Positions 39,421 to 52,976 of a stretch of 64,000 nucleotides of DNA are shown here, one piece after another. Location: positions 24,614,001 to 24,678,000 of the forward strand of contig NC_043005.1 of assembly GCF_006345805.1 (NCBI RefSeq). Reading direction: 5' to 3'. The position numbers were made by a program, and so were the translations under genes. Origin of the DNA: Octopus sinensis (taxonomy: Eukaryota). The notes under the pieces were generated by a model, which did no database searches, was not told where the DNA came from, and saw nothing but the letters and a program-made list of their open reading frames with translations. Each line of letters opens with the position of its first letter. The first letter of the stretch is position 1.

Positions 39421-39789
39421 GACCATAGCTGAGAGCAATAGTCAAAGTGGCTTAGGACTTAGAACATTATATATATATATATATATATATCTTTATATAC
39501 ATTATATGTGTGTGGTGTGTATGTATGCACACACACACACACACACACATAGGACACTTAAATATTCTCAGACGCTGTCTTCCCCTCAGTGTCATTCAAC
39601 ATGGCTTCGTACTGAATTTTCTTCCATCCAACAGGTTGAATCCCTCAACAGCTCATACATGAACCCTTCTACATGGCCCCGGCAAAAGTGCTTTTCATGT
39701 GACACTGGCACAGGAAGCTTGCAGGTCAATCCTCTTCACCAGGGTGAGCTGCCTTGATGCATTTGCTGTAGAGGATCAGTCTACTTGAG

Positions 39790-40040
39790 CACAGCAAGGT
39801 GCCACATACCTCAGTCCTTTGTCATCTCTTCCTTAAGGGTCAGTGTCATGAGGTTGTCCTTCAGTACTTTGTCGCATGTCTTCCTGGGTCCCCCTCTTCC
39901 ATCAGTTCCATCCACTCTGAGCGATCAACACTTCTTCATGGAACTGTCGATATCTATCCACATCACATGACTAAACCAGCACAGTCTCCTTTCTTGCACA
40001 CTGCATCTAATTCCTCTTCTGCCTAACTTTTCTCTCAACA
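39790..40040 (-). mobile_element. RTE-clade LINE 3' fragment
   Basis: Minus translation LREKLGRRGIRCSVQERRLCWFSHVM...GRGGPRKTCDKVLKDNLMTL. Confidence 0.75.
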
Positions 40041-41310
40041 TACAAGCACTTTACATTATTTACATTTAACAGATATTTGTCCTCATCTTCTTTATTGTTA
40101 ACACAACGTTTTGGCTGATATATCCTCCAGCCTTCATCAGGCGTCTTGCGGAAATTTCATACCTGGATTCTCATTCCTAAGATACTAGATTTATAAGCCC
40201 TAAAATTCACACCAGGCATATGGCGTGGTGGTTAAGAGCACGGGCTACTAACCCCAAGATTCCAAGTTCTATTCCAGGCAGTGACCTGAATAATAATAAC
40301 AACAATAATAATAACATTGAAAAATACCTCAGGAATGAGAACCTAGGATCAAATATAAATAATGTAAATAATTTCTCATCTCTTAAATATAGAACTGTAT
40401 ACAAGCACTTTGTTGCACACGTACATTTACATTCCACATCTAGCTTCATTCCTCTCAAACCTTCACATGTCCCCTGCATTCATAGCCTGTGTCTCATGAA
40501 GAATTGCATCATACACTCTTCCTTTCACTGAGAGAGAGAGAGACACCTTTGGTTGCCAACAGCTCGCTGAATTTTTCTCCATCCTGTTCTATACATCTGC
40601 CTCTTTACCCGGCCATTTTCAAGAAATTGAAGCACACATTAGGCAATGAAGTTCTAGAATGTGGCTGATCATAATAAGCCTATTGGATCAGGACTGACTT
40701 GGAATGGAAGCAAGGACCAGGCTCTGAATATTACACCTCCACTTCCATTCCCCCAGACAGAGAATGGAAAGAAAGAAAAAGTAAAAGTACATAAAGCAAC
40801 AACAAACTGAGATTAAAGTCCTGCACTATTGATCATGCGGTCATGAGTTCAATAACAACTGAAGCCATTTTACTGTTCCACTGTACAAAGTACCAAATTT
40901 CATTTGCTCCAGTTTGCATGACTGAAAAGAAAAAAAAAAAAAAGAAAAAAAAAATTGGGGGGGGAATATATCAGTTTCTTATTCCTACTTCACAGTTTAG
41001 TGGCCAATATTAAGAGAGACATCCTCCTCCTCCCCACCACCACCACCACCATTGTCATTATCATCAACAAGCTACAAAAACAAATACCCCCACCATCAAC
41101 AATCCAATGACTTAACGAACAGATAATGAAGTGGTTATTAACACTTCACTGATTGATAACATAAAACCTCAAGGACATTTCGTTGAGAAACTGTCATTTG
41201 AGATAAACAAGTAATTAAGACGATATAGCTTTCTAATTTTAGCTTTAATATTGGTTTCAAATTCTGGCACAAGGCCAACAATCTTATGGGAGGTGGGTAC
41301 ATTGATTACA

Positions 41311-42193
41311 GCAGACGACATCAAGCTGTACCTTGAAATCAAGAGGACAGATCCTGATGTCTACAACTCTTTCCTGCAATCAGACCTAGACACAATGCAG
41401 CAATGGATCACAGACTGGCAACTGAAACTGGCTGTGGACAAGTGTACCACCATGCATTTTGGGAGAAAAAACCCTGTGTTCACATACTCCCTCCACAACA
41501 CTGATATCAAGAAATCCTCTTGCGAGCGTGACCTAGGCATCACTGTCAGCAGTGATCTGCGTTGGTCAAAGCATATCTCTAAGATTGTCAGGAAGGCCGA
41601 GGGTGTCTTGGCATCACTCAGCAGGTCTTTTGTTAGCCGCTCTCCAGCCATCTATTTAAAACTGTATACAGCTATGGTACGACCACACTTGGAATTCGCA
41701 TCATCAGTTTGGAACCCCTATCTTGCACAGAACATTGACCTCCTGGAATCTGTCCAGAGACGTGCAACCAAACGCATACCCTCCATCAGACACCTACCAT
41801 ATTCTGAGCGCCTTGTTTCCCTGGGCATGGATTCACTGAAGCTCCGGCGTTTGGCGACGGACTTGGTAAACACCCACAAAGTTATCAACCACCTCACCAA
41901 CAACAACACTGAACACCTTTTTGATCTCCATGTGTCTAACACACGTGGACATGCCTACAAAGTCAGAAAACAATACAGCTCCCATGACTTTCGGAAACAT
42001 TTTTTCACGCTCAGAGTTGCTGAAGCATGGAATAAACTGCCTGCGTCAGTTGTTGACTGCCATGACACTGCATCTTTTAAGGCCCTCATGCTTTCCGAAA
42101 TCCGCCGAAACTTCACCTGATTATATATACACTTTAGATGAGTTGTAGTGCACCTGAGCACTGTACACAATTATTATTATTATTATTATTATT
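41311..42193 (+). mobile_element. Young 5'-truncated CR1-like LINE inserted into a SINE
   Basis: Stop-free RT C-terminus (ADDIKLY...ERDLGI...YTAMVRPHLEFASSVWNP...VQRRATK...AWNKLP) to TGA 42120, short 3'UTR and (TTA)n tail. attaca is duplicated at 41305-41310 and 42194-42199. Confidence 0.93.
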
Positions 42194-44482
42194 ATTACAT
42201 TGACCCCAGTGCTTAACTAGTACTTATTTTATCAAATATGAAAGGATGAAAGGCAAAATCAATCTCAGGAGAATTTGAACTCAGAACATAAAAGTAGATT
42301 TGTGTGATGTGGAAAATATTCCATCAATATTGCACCCAAGACTTGGCCACCATGCTATCCCCCCACAATAAAAATCAAACTCAAGACACATAACAATATT
42401 ACGAAACAACTACTTTACCTCAACCGGTCCAGCTCTTTTTAATATTATACGAAAATACATCAAAACGGAAACAGATCCCATAAAATTCAAAAGTTCTCTG
42501 GACATATTTCTCCAAAAACATCCTAGACCAACCTCCTACATTCAGATATGTCTCCAACAATAATACCTGTTTGCTAGCGTGGGCCATGGTGTCCCATGTG
42601 AATCATGATCTAAAAGACTACACCAGGTGGAGCTATTAAGTTAGACATGGCCTGGACCTATACTGGCCAAAACCTATCTATCTGAGAATGCAGCATTTCG
42701 CCTGGTGGGTTAAAGATTCTGCCAGCTTGCCACCTTAGTTTTAACTTTAATATTATCCACTTCAAGGCAGCAAGCTGGCAGAAACGTTAGCACACCAGGC
42801 AAAATGCTTAGCGGTATTTCATCTGTTTTAACATTGTGGGTTCAAATTCCACCGAGGTCGACTTTGCCTTTCATCCTTTTGGAGTCGATAAATTAAGTAC
42901 AGTTGTATACTGGGGTCGATCTAATCAACTGGTTCCATCCCACAAAAATTTTGGGCCTTGTGCCTGGAGTAGAAAAAGGATGTTATATGCTGTTGTTTGT
43001 TTGAGGGTGGCAAGCTGGCAGAATTATTAGCACACCGGGCGAAATGCTTAGCAGTATTTCATCTGCTTTTACATTGTGGGTTCAAATTCCACTGAGGTCG
43101 ACTTTGCCTTTCATCCTTTTGGGGGTCAATAAATTAAGTACCAGTTGCGTACTGGGGTCGATATAATCGACAGGCCTGCTTCCCAAAAATTTTGGGCCTT
43201 GTGCCTAGAGTGGAAAAGAATATTACTCACTTCAAAGATGGTGAGCTGGCAGAATAATTAGCAAGCAGGGCAAAACGCTTAGTGTCATTTCATCTGTCTT
43301 CATGTTGTGAGTTCAAATTCCACCGAGGTCAATATTGCATTTTCTCTCTTTAGGGATTGATAAAATAATTATCAGTTGATATTGGGTGTTGATGTAATTA
43401 ACTTAGCCCTGCTCCTGAAATTGCAGGTCTTGTGACAAAATTTGAAATCAATATCGTATCCACTTTGAAATTTCAAAACAATCCGACTTCTCATTTTTAA
43501 AACAACAAAGGATGTTTTATTAATTAAGGGCATCCAACTGTAGAAACTATGCTAAAATAGACATGGAGCCTAAACAGCCCTTTAGCTGGCTAGCTCCTGT
43601 CAAACCGTCAAACCCATGCCACCACAGAAAATGGACATTAAATGATGACAATGATGAACTCTCTATAAATGTAGCAATAACCTTTCTCTCTTTCTCCCTC
43701 CCTCTCCCGCCACATACAAGCAAGAATAATAATGGTTTCAAATTGTGGCACAAGGCCAGCAATTTTCAGGGAGAGGCATTAGTCAGTTACATTAACTCCA
43801 GAACTTGACTGGTACTTATTGACTCTGAAAGGATGAATGGCAAAGTTGACCTTGGCAGCACCTGAACTCAAAACTAAAAGACAAACAAAATGCCGCGAAC
43901 GATTCTGCCAGCTAATTGCCATTCTTTCAAGAACAATGATCCTTTTTAAGGATGCAAGCTGTCAGAAACGTTAGTACGTCAAACGAAATGCTTAGTGGTA
44001 TTTTGTCTGTTTTTACATTCTGAGTTCAAATTCTGCCGAGGTCAACTTCACCTTTCATCCTTCCGGGGTCGAAAAATTAAGTACCAGTTGCAAACTGGAT
44101 CGATCTAATCGACTGGCCCCTTCCCCAAAAATTTTGGGCCTTGTGCCTAGAGTAGAAAAGAATAATTCTTTCTACAATAGGCATAAGGCCTGAAATTTGG
44201 GGGAAGCGATTAAGTCGTACATCAACTCCAGTGTGTAACTGGTACTTATTTAATCGAACCTGAAATGATGAAAGGGCAAAGTGGACCTTGGCGGAATTTG
44301 AACTCGGAACGTAAAGACGGATGAAATGCCACTAAGTATTTTGCCTGGCACACTAACGATTCTGCCAGCTCGCGAATAATAACACCATTAGATATATTGA
44401 GAGGTACTGATCAACAACAGAGTAGAGAGCTAGGTAGAGGTAAAGAATTCAAAAACCACCTGTTTTTGGCATAACCCTAACC

Positions 44483-45048
44483 TGGCGAAAGTAAAGACAA
44501 TGAACTGCACCCCCTTTGGGATGAGTTTTTTTGTTTTTTAAAATTTTTTACAGGAACCCACAATATCGAGTGCAGAGATTCCAAATCTGCAAAAAAATCT
44601 GTATTTCAAAATTTTTTCTTTGGTAATTTGTATTAAAATTTTGAAAACGCGTTTCTAGAATGTCAGGTTTTCTGTTTATATACTTTTTGCATCTGCTATT
44701 CTATAATACTAAGCATGCGTGAACATTAGAAGAGAAAACACTTTAATTTAACTTCTTGTCATAGGGCGGGGGATAAGATTTTTTTTTTTTTTTTGAAAAA
44801 CTGAAATTTTACAGAATATTTTTTTTTCTTTTTCAGAATCATAATCTCCGTATTTTTCTGCCTATTTCACAAAAAAAAAAAAAAAAATTCAAGTGAAAAT
44901 TTAAGAAATTTAGGGGACGGAATTAAAATTTTGAAGTGCAGATTTTTTGCCGCTTCGGAATCTCCGCATTCGACATAGAGGAAACCTGTAAAAAAAAAAA
45001 TATTAAAAAATCCCAACGTGGGTGCGGTCCATTGCCTTTACCTCGGCC
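44483..45048. mobile_element. Non-autonomous DNA element with about 130 bp imperfect TIRs, flanked by (AACCCT)-like repeats
   Basis: 44483-44615 (ggcgaaagtaaagacaatg...) is the inverted counterpart of 44923-45048 (...cattgcctttacctcggcc). ccctaa motifs at about 44475 and 45085-45160. Confidence 0.6.
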
Positions 45049-46055
45049 AAAATACGTACACAACCCGTTTTCGGCGTAACAAAAACCCTAACCCTATTCT
45101 AAAACCATAACCCTAAAACCTAAACATCGGGTGCACATCGTCTCCTAACTCTAACCCTAAATACCGGGTGTGCGTATTCTTTACCTTCGCCGAGAGACTT
45201 CTTTAAGGTTCTACACTTTAGTCTCCATAGTACTAACGATGTTCTCAGACAAGCTGACGTGTTAATGTACAGCAGAGCAGTGAATGATTTAAGGTTTATT
45301 AACTCTTCAATATTCATATTGTCTCAACTGCCGCTCGACACGTTGACGCATTTATGGAAGTTAAGGGTGTAGGCGAGGGAAATAACTCTTGTCTGCCTAA
45401 CTTGGAAAGGATGAATTACAGTATCAATGCTGCTGTGATTATGTCATCTTACTGACTACTGCTGTGATTATGTCATCTTACTGGCTACAACATTGAACGT
45501 CTATTAATCCTTGCAATTAAGATCTGATGTTATTGTTAGTATCAGGGCGGCGGTGGTGGTGGTGGAGATGAACATGTTACTGTAGTGGTGTTGTAATTAG
45601 GATGGTGTAGGTGATATTTGACAATGTAGAAAGCTTAGTGCGAGAGGAATAAATAGGTGTATTAATGTATTTTGTTTTCACCTCACTTTCTCTCTTCCAA
45701 GGTCACGCGGTAGAGCTTGTGTCGTTGAAAAACTTGCTTCACAACAACGTTTTCAAGTCCAGTCAGTGTGTGTGTGTGTGCGTGTGCTCGCGCGCGTATG
45801 TATGTATGAGTATATGTGCGTGTTAATATACATATGTGGGGGCACGTAAAAAAGCATCCACTACACTCTCGGAGTGGTTGGCGTTGGGAAGGGCATCCAG
45901 CCGTGGAAACTTTGCCAGATCAGATTGGAGCCTGGTGCAGCCTTTCTGGCTTGCCAGCCCTCAGTCAAACTGTCCATGTTGGCATGGAAAGCGGACGTTA
46001 AACGACGATGATGATAATGCATAAATGTGTGTGTGTGTGTGTGTATGTGTGCGTA

Positions 46056-46101
<46 letters not shown>

Positions 46102-47559
46102 GGCGTAGGAGTGGCTGTGTGGTAAGTAGTTGCTTACCAACCACATGGTTCCAGGTTTAGTCCCACAGCGTGGCACCTTGGGCAAGTGTCTTCTACTATA
46201 GCCTTGAGTGAATTTGGTAGGCGGAAACTGAAAGAAGCCCGTCGTATATATGTATATATATGTGTGTGTGTGTTTGTGTGTCTTTGTTTGTCCCCCACCC
46301 CCAACATCGCTTGACAACCGATGCTGGTGTGTTTACGTCCCTGTAACTTAGCGATTTGATGAACCAGGCAGAAGCACTGCAAAACAAAGATGTACCACGT
46401 AGCAGTATGAACTCACATGATAACACTGGTCGGCAGACTGATGCCTGAAGGTCACATCAAGTGGCTTTTCGTAGGAGAAGCCTGAACTGCAATAGGTTTG
46501 TCCCATAGAGAATGTTTCCAGACACTTTTGGGTACCCCCTCATATCTATATCTATATATATGTCCAACCCATGCTAGCATGGAAAGCGGACGCTAAATGA
46601 TGATGATGATGATGATGATGATATATATAGGGTATAGTGAATAAACTGTCGTCTAAATTATGCAAGAATAAAAATAACACTGACATTTATTTACATTATA
46701 TAATATAATTCTACTATATTATATAATATAGATATAATATTATATAATATAACAAAAAATCAAAACAAATATAAGTCCAACAATTTGTTTCAACTCATAG
46801 CCACTCATGAATTTATAAAAATTCACATTTATGCATATGAGTCTCCTCGGGGTAATATTTATTCAAAAAAAAAATTTCCATGTAAGGACTGCTAAATCAT
46901 AAAATAGACTGATTTAGAACATGCCTATGTTTATAAGCATCAAATACCAATGTTTATGCTTGTAAACATAGGTATATTTTAAATCGGTCAATCTTATGGT
47001 TTAGCAGTCCTTATATGGAATTTTGACTGTTTTTTGAACAAATATTACCCCGTGTCTGTCTCTGTGTGAATCCCTAAAACTTGAGAACTACACAACCAAT
47101 TTCATTCAAATTTTACACATGCCTTACTTAGGGTCCAGGCAAGAAGTTAAAAATTTACTAGGCAAGAAGTTAAAAATTTTTTGGGCCTATGACATTACAT
47201 GGACCCTAAGTAAGACATGTGTAAAATTTGAATGAAATTGGTTATGTAGTTCTCAAGTTTTAGGGATTCACATAGACACAGGTAGACACAGAGACAGACA
47301 CACATTCTCATCTTTATATATATATATATAGATACTTTATTTAAAGCAGCAGAAAATTCAAGAAAACCTGTTTCTCTGAGTAACAGGTTTTGTTGAATTT
47401 TCTGCTGCTTTAAATAAAGCATATTACTCTACCACTGGTATTTGAGTACTCTTTTTTCCACCTTGTTTCACATTTATGTATTTACTCCGGTATATATATA
47501 GATATATAGTTCAGATTTATAGTAAACAAAAGATGAAGACAGGTGAATGAAAACAAGGT

Positions 47560-47920
47560 GTATTAGTTTGACACTAAAGGTAAAGACCCCCTTCGGTCAT
47601 GAATGACCATGGGATTGCACCTAGAAAGTTACCCTCCTAGACACAAGTCCGGGCAAGGTTGTTTATGGAAGAACAGCAGTCACCCATGCATACCAGCCTC
47701 CCCTCTCCACACCACTAGTGTTATCCAAGGGAAAGACAAAGGTCGATACAGCTTGGCACCAGTGACGTCGCAACTCATTTCTAAGGCTGAGTGAACTGGA
47801 GCAACGTGAAATAAAGTGCCTTGCTCAAGAACACAACACGCAGCCTGGTCCGGGATTTGAGCTCACAACCTCACAATCGTAAGCTCGACGCTCTAACCAC
47901 TGAGCCATGCGCCTTCACAG
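47560..47920 (-). mobile_element. tRNA-derived SINE family E, representative copy
   Basis: Minus head gtgaaggcgcatggctcagtggttagagcgtcg; the block gtgaactggagcaac.tgaaataaagtg is shared with 8920-9225 and 11545-11680. Confidence 0.8.
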
Positions 47921-48563
47921 TTTGACACTATATATATAGTTTGACATTATATATATATATATATATAGGTTTCAAATATGGTAGAAGGCCAGTAATTTTG
48001 GGAGAGGGTTAAGTCAATTACATTGACTCCAATGCTCAACTAGTAGTTATTTTATAGACCCTGAAAGAATGAAAGGCAAAGTTGATGTCACATGAGTTTG
48101 AACTCAGAGTATAAAAACAGGCAAAATGCTATTTACTATTTTCCCAGTGTGTAAATAATTCAGCTAGCTTGCTGCCTTATGAGTCCTTTTGTCTTTAATT
48201 CTTTCTTTATACTTGTATATTATATAATCCTTAAGCTTAATGTCAGTAGCCACCCACTAGTTTATGAAAAATATACAAAAATCCTTACATAGAACTGTGC
48301 ACTTCGCAGTTCTAGCGACACAGTGTTTGGCTGTTGTGTGCATGCTCACATGTCTGAGATAGGAAACTTCGTACAAGGGAGAGAGAGCACTGCGTGAACG
48401 ACAGTGCCGAGTGAAAGGTAGTGTTTCTTTTTCCCTCTGCATGTGTTGTGCTAAAAAACGTGCTTATATACTTGAATGTGATAATATGTAGAATTAGATT
48501 ATTATCCTGCTTCCAGCTTCAGTGTTGCTGCCAGGATTTGGAAAATAGGGCACATTACCTCAC

Positions 48564-48656
48564 CTTATTTTGTGATTTAGGGGAGATTTTTGAAAAACAA
48601 AGGGGAATTCACAAGCAGTGTTCAGTGAACAAATTAAACACACTACCTGGCAGTGG
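48564..48656 (-). other. Candidate minus-strand exon (coding or 5'UTR)
   Basis: 93 nt between gtttgtgttttag and AAG|gtgagg; one open frame (HCQVVCLICSLNTACEFPFVFQKSPLNHKI), phase 2-2. Confidence 0.25.
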
Positions 48657-49133
48657 CTAAAACACAAACTGATCAAGTTTATGCTTAAATTTTCTTTTTA
48701 TATGTTTGTTTCCTTTTACACAATATTAAAACAGCTAAAGGTTTTCTGAAGTAGCACCCACCACTAATTTTATGTATACCTCACAGTATACGTGTGTGAA
48801 TTTTTGTCTAGAAGTATAGGTGGAAATCCACAGTACAAGCACATAAATCGTCCCACCTTTAAATTAATTCAGTTAATAAAACCAGTTTACATATTTCTTT
48901 TGCATTCTCTTTTTTATAATTGTCATTTTACTTGTAACTACAGCTTTTCTGTTTTAAAACCCATAAAACATTATTTTTGAATGGTTTGGGGGTGCTGGAA
49001 CGGATTAATTATATTTTAGTTAATTTCAATGGGGTAAATTGATTTGTGAAATGGGTAAATCATAAGATGAGTTCAGTCATAGAATGAATTAAACTTGTAC
49101 TGAGAAGTATCACACCATATAAATATATATATA

Positions 49134-49619
49134 TCTATATATATAAAACTCAACTTGTGTGTCTGTGTGTTTAACTTCCCGGCACATCTCCTCCTAGCCA
49201 ACAAATCGTAGAACCACCAAAAGTGGGTCACTTAAAGTTTAGGCGAATGAAAATTGAACTGCGCTATTTCTGTTATGAAATTCATCTCGCAAGTGCAAAA
49301 ATCGATAATGTGTTTGTTTAGGCCTTATCCCATGCATTGAATAGTGAACTTTACTCACTCAGCTGTTTGACATGAACTGTGTTCATCACGCGTGCAAGTA
49401 TGGGTAAAATGCATGAAAAATTAAAAAATCAAGATATAAAAACGAATTGCTGTAAACATTGTAGAAATTCTGCAAAGAAATGAATTTTCGGGATGTAGCC
49501 TGAAGGGTTTTTTCGTATTAATCGTTTGGACTTTGTGAACACATACCAATTGTTTTCATAACATTTTTAACGCTTTGAATTAAATGTGACCACTTTGCAA
49601 AGCCGGGCAATACTGCTAG
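49134..49619 (+). mobile_element. Non-autonomous Helitron
   Basis: A|TCTATATATATAAAAC start; gccgggcaatactgCTAG|T end. Confidence 0.8.
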
Positions 49620-51784
49620 TATATATATATATATATCACCTTCATCATTTAGCATCCACTTTCCATGCTAGCATAGGCTGGATAATTTGACAAGAGCTGG
49701 TAAGCTAGAGGGCTATGTCAAGCTTTATTGTCTGTTTTGGCACGGTTCCCACAGCTGGATGCCCTTCCTAATGCCAATCATTTTACAAAATGTACTGGGT
49801 GTTTTTTCATGGAACCAGCACTGGCAGGGTCACATGTATCTTGCAAGACAAGACAAAGTTCCTTCAACTGGGAGGTGTGTAGTAGCGAGGGATGTGGCTT
49901 CCTGCCAGTTGGTGAGTCAGTAAAAGAATAACAGAGGTATAGAGAGTATTGGTGTAGAAGAAATATAATGGTATTGCAGTTGGAGAAGAAGGGAGAAGGA
50001 AACTTAGAAAGGTAAAGATGGTAGGAATAGGAAAGATTGTGGTAGATGTGTCAGGACATACCCACAGGGCACAGTGGAGTGGGGCGACAGACACAGTGGG
50101 GGGAAATCTTAATTATTGTTAATGATGATGGCCTTCACCCACTGTATGTAGGGAAAATGTGCACAGGAACAAGCGAAGGGAAGGAAGGACAGAGTAAATT
50201 TGACCTCAGCATGACTTCAACTCAGAGCACAGACAGGAGGAATAAAAGAATGAAAATCTCAAATTAGGTGGGAAGCGTTTAGTCAATTACATCAACTCAA
50301 GTACTTGACTGGTACCATATTTTATTGACCCTGGAGGAATGAAAGCAAAGCTGGCATCGACAGGATTTGAATACAGAACATAAAGAGCTTGAACAAATAC
50401 TGCAAAGTATCTTGTTCAATGCCCTTGCAATTCTGCCAATCACTAACACTCTTATCAATCCATGATCTGATACAATGCAAAATACTGCTACTGTCAATAT
50501 GCCACCTCTAGTCTTAGATATAGTATGTGTGTAGATGGAATGGCCATGGCTGGAATGTCTTTGATCATAGGAATGCCTTGTTCAAGACTGAAACAGCTAA
50601 ATTTTCCTGTTGCAATAAAAAAAATAACTTGCTATTCAAGACTGCTACTTAATATACCCAGCATTAACAAAAGGATGAGGCCTCAGATTCAAGTGGAGGG
50701 TTATAATAGATAATACCAACCCTAGTACTAGAAGGGCATTATTTATCTAGCCCAGATTAATGCAAAGCAAAGGTTTTGAACTCAATAACTAAATACTCTC
50801 TTTACTCTTTTACTTTTTTACTTGTTTCAGTCATTTGACTGCGGCCATGCTGGAGTACCGCCTTTAATCGAGCAACTCGACCCCGAGACTTATTCTTTTG
50901 TAAGCCTAGTACTTATTCTATCGGTCTCTTTTGCCGAACCGCTAAGTAACGGGGATATAAACACACCAGCATCGGTTGTCAAGCAATGCTAGGGGGACAA
51001 ACACAGACACACAAACACACACACGCATATATATATATATACATATATACGACGGGCTTCTTTCAGTTTCCGTCTACCAAATCCACTCACAAGGCTTTGG
51101 TTGACCTGAGGCTATAGTAGAATACACTTGCCCAAGTTGCCACGCAGTGGGACTGAACCCGGAACCATGTGGTTGGTAAACAAAGCTACTTACCACACAG
51201 CCACTCCTGTGCCTAAATACAGCATATTTTATCAAATGCGGTGAGCTAGCAGAAACGTTAACATGCCGGGTGAAATGCTTAGCAGTATTTCATCTGTCTT
51301 TACATTCCAGGTTCAAATTCTGCCGAGGTCGACTTTGCCTTAGATCCTTTTCAAGGTCAATAAATTAAGTACCAGTTGTGTACTGGGGGTCGATCTAATC
51401 GACTGCCCCTCCAACCTCCCCAAAAATTTCGGGTCTTGTGCCTAGAGTAGAAAAGCATATTTCATCAAATGCTCAACTCATTCTGCTGCATCAACACCAG
51501 AAGGAAGAAAGTCAATAGGATTTGAACTCGAAATGTAAAGTGAATAATTTCTTAAACAGATACAAGGACCCAAATTTGTAGGACATGGTAGATGGGTGAA
51601 TGGGGGGGAGTCACAATGGTCTATCATAGTGACCCCCAGTTCTTGATTGGTTCTTATTTTATGTAGTCCACATGGAGTCGCTCAAGTTGACAGAATCTTA
51701 ACTCAAATATGAAGAGATATAACTAAATATCATCAATGAAAATATTTTAAAGCAATACAATGCCACAAATTTAAAGACTACCAC

Positions 51785-52430
51785 TAGGGGTATAGGTGAT
51801 GGTACAGACTGGGGGTATAGGTGATGATACAGACTGGGGGTATAGGAGATGATATAGACTGGGGGTATAGGTGATGATATAGTCTTGGGGTATAGATGAT
51901 ATAGACTGGGGGTGTAGGTGATGATATACACTGGGAGTAAGGGTGATGATATAGACTGGGGGTAAGGGTGATGATATAGACTGGGTGTAAGGGTGATGAT
52001 ATAGACTAGGGGTAAGGGTGATAATATAAACTGGGGGTATAGGAGATGATATAGACTGGGGGTATAGGAGTTGATATAGACTGGGGGTATAGGAGATGAT
52101 ATAGACTGGGGGTATAGGAGTTGATATAGACTGGGGGTATAGGAGTTGATATAGACTGGGGGTATAGGTGATGATATCGACTGGGGGTATAGGTGATGAT
52201 GTCGACTGGGGGTATAGGTGATGATATAGACTGGGGGTAAGGGATGATATAGACTGGGGGTATAAGAGATGATATAGACTGGGGGTATAAGAGATGATAT
52301 AGACAGAGGGTGTAGGTAATGATCTAGACTGGGGGTATAGGTGATGATATCGACTGGGAGTATAGGTGATGATATAGACTGGGGGTAAGAGTGATGATAT
52401 AGGGTGGCGGTATAGGTGATGATATAACCC
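51785..52430. repeat. G-rich minisatellite, about 25 bp unit
   Basis: Unit gatgatatagactgggggtataggt with variants, roughly 26 copies. Confidence 0.92.
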
Positions 52431-52976
52431 CCACCCAAGTACTGAACTGGTGTATTATTTTAACCTGGAAAATCGGTGCAGCATCAGACACAATTCTTTT
52501 GATATTTAGTTTCATCTCTCTAAGTTCTGAGACTATTGTCATTAGTTACAGCTTTTGAACTGGTTAGTCGGTCAGTCCTTGGTTCATCATATTTCTGACT
52601 AATGACAATGGAACATCAATGATTCAGTAGGCTTGGTTGCAAGACTATCAGATTTCCACCAATTTGTATTTATACATGACAAGCTACTACAGAGTTTTAC
52701 AAAGTGCAAGTCAACCCGAATCTATGGGAAAAGATACTTGCCTAAGGCCTGACGGTGGGAAATAACTCAGAACCGGGTGATTCTGAAGCAAACTTGATAT
52801 CAGAATATTTTAGCGGGGCATGAGAATAATTGAATAAATATGGGTGCAGCCATGCCCCCTATCTATACCCATTAAAAACAATTGTGACCTTCTACATATT
52901 TTAGAAACCATCGTTTTTTGATTATATGTATACGGAGATTTAAAGGGGATAATCTTTGGATGAAAATATGAGCGTA

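Noticed and set aside
41251-42120. 289 aa ORF as a host gene
   Set aside because: It is a SINE fragment with a TTG start fused in frame to a 5'-truncated CR1 RT; the TSD and tail show a retrotransposon insertion.
51698-52438. 246 aa ORF as a structural protein
   Set aside because: It coincides with a 25 bp minisatellite whose minus strand lacks stops; no splice or signal-peptide support.
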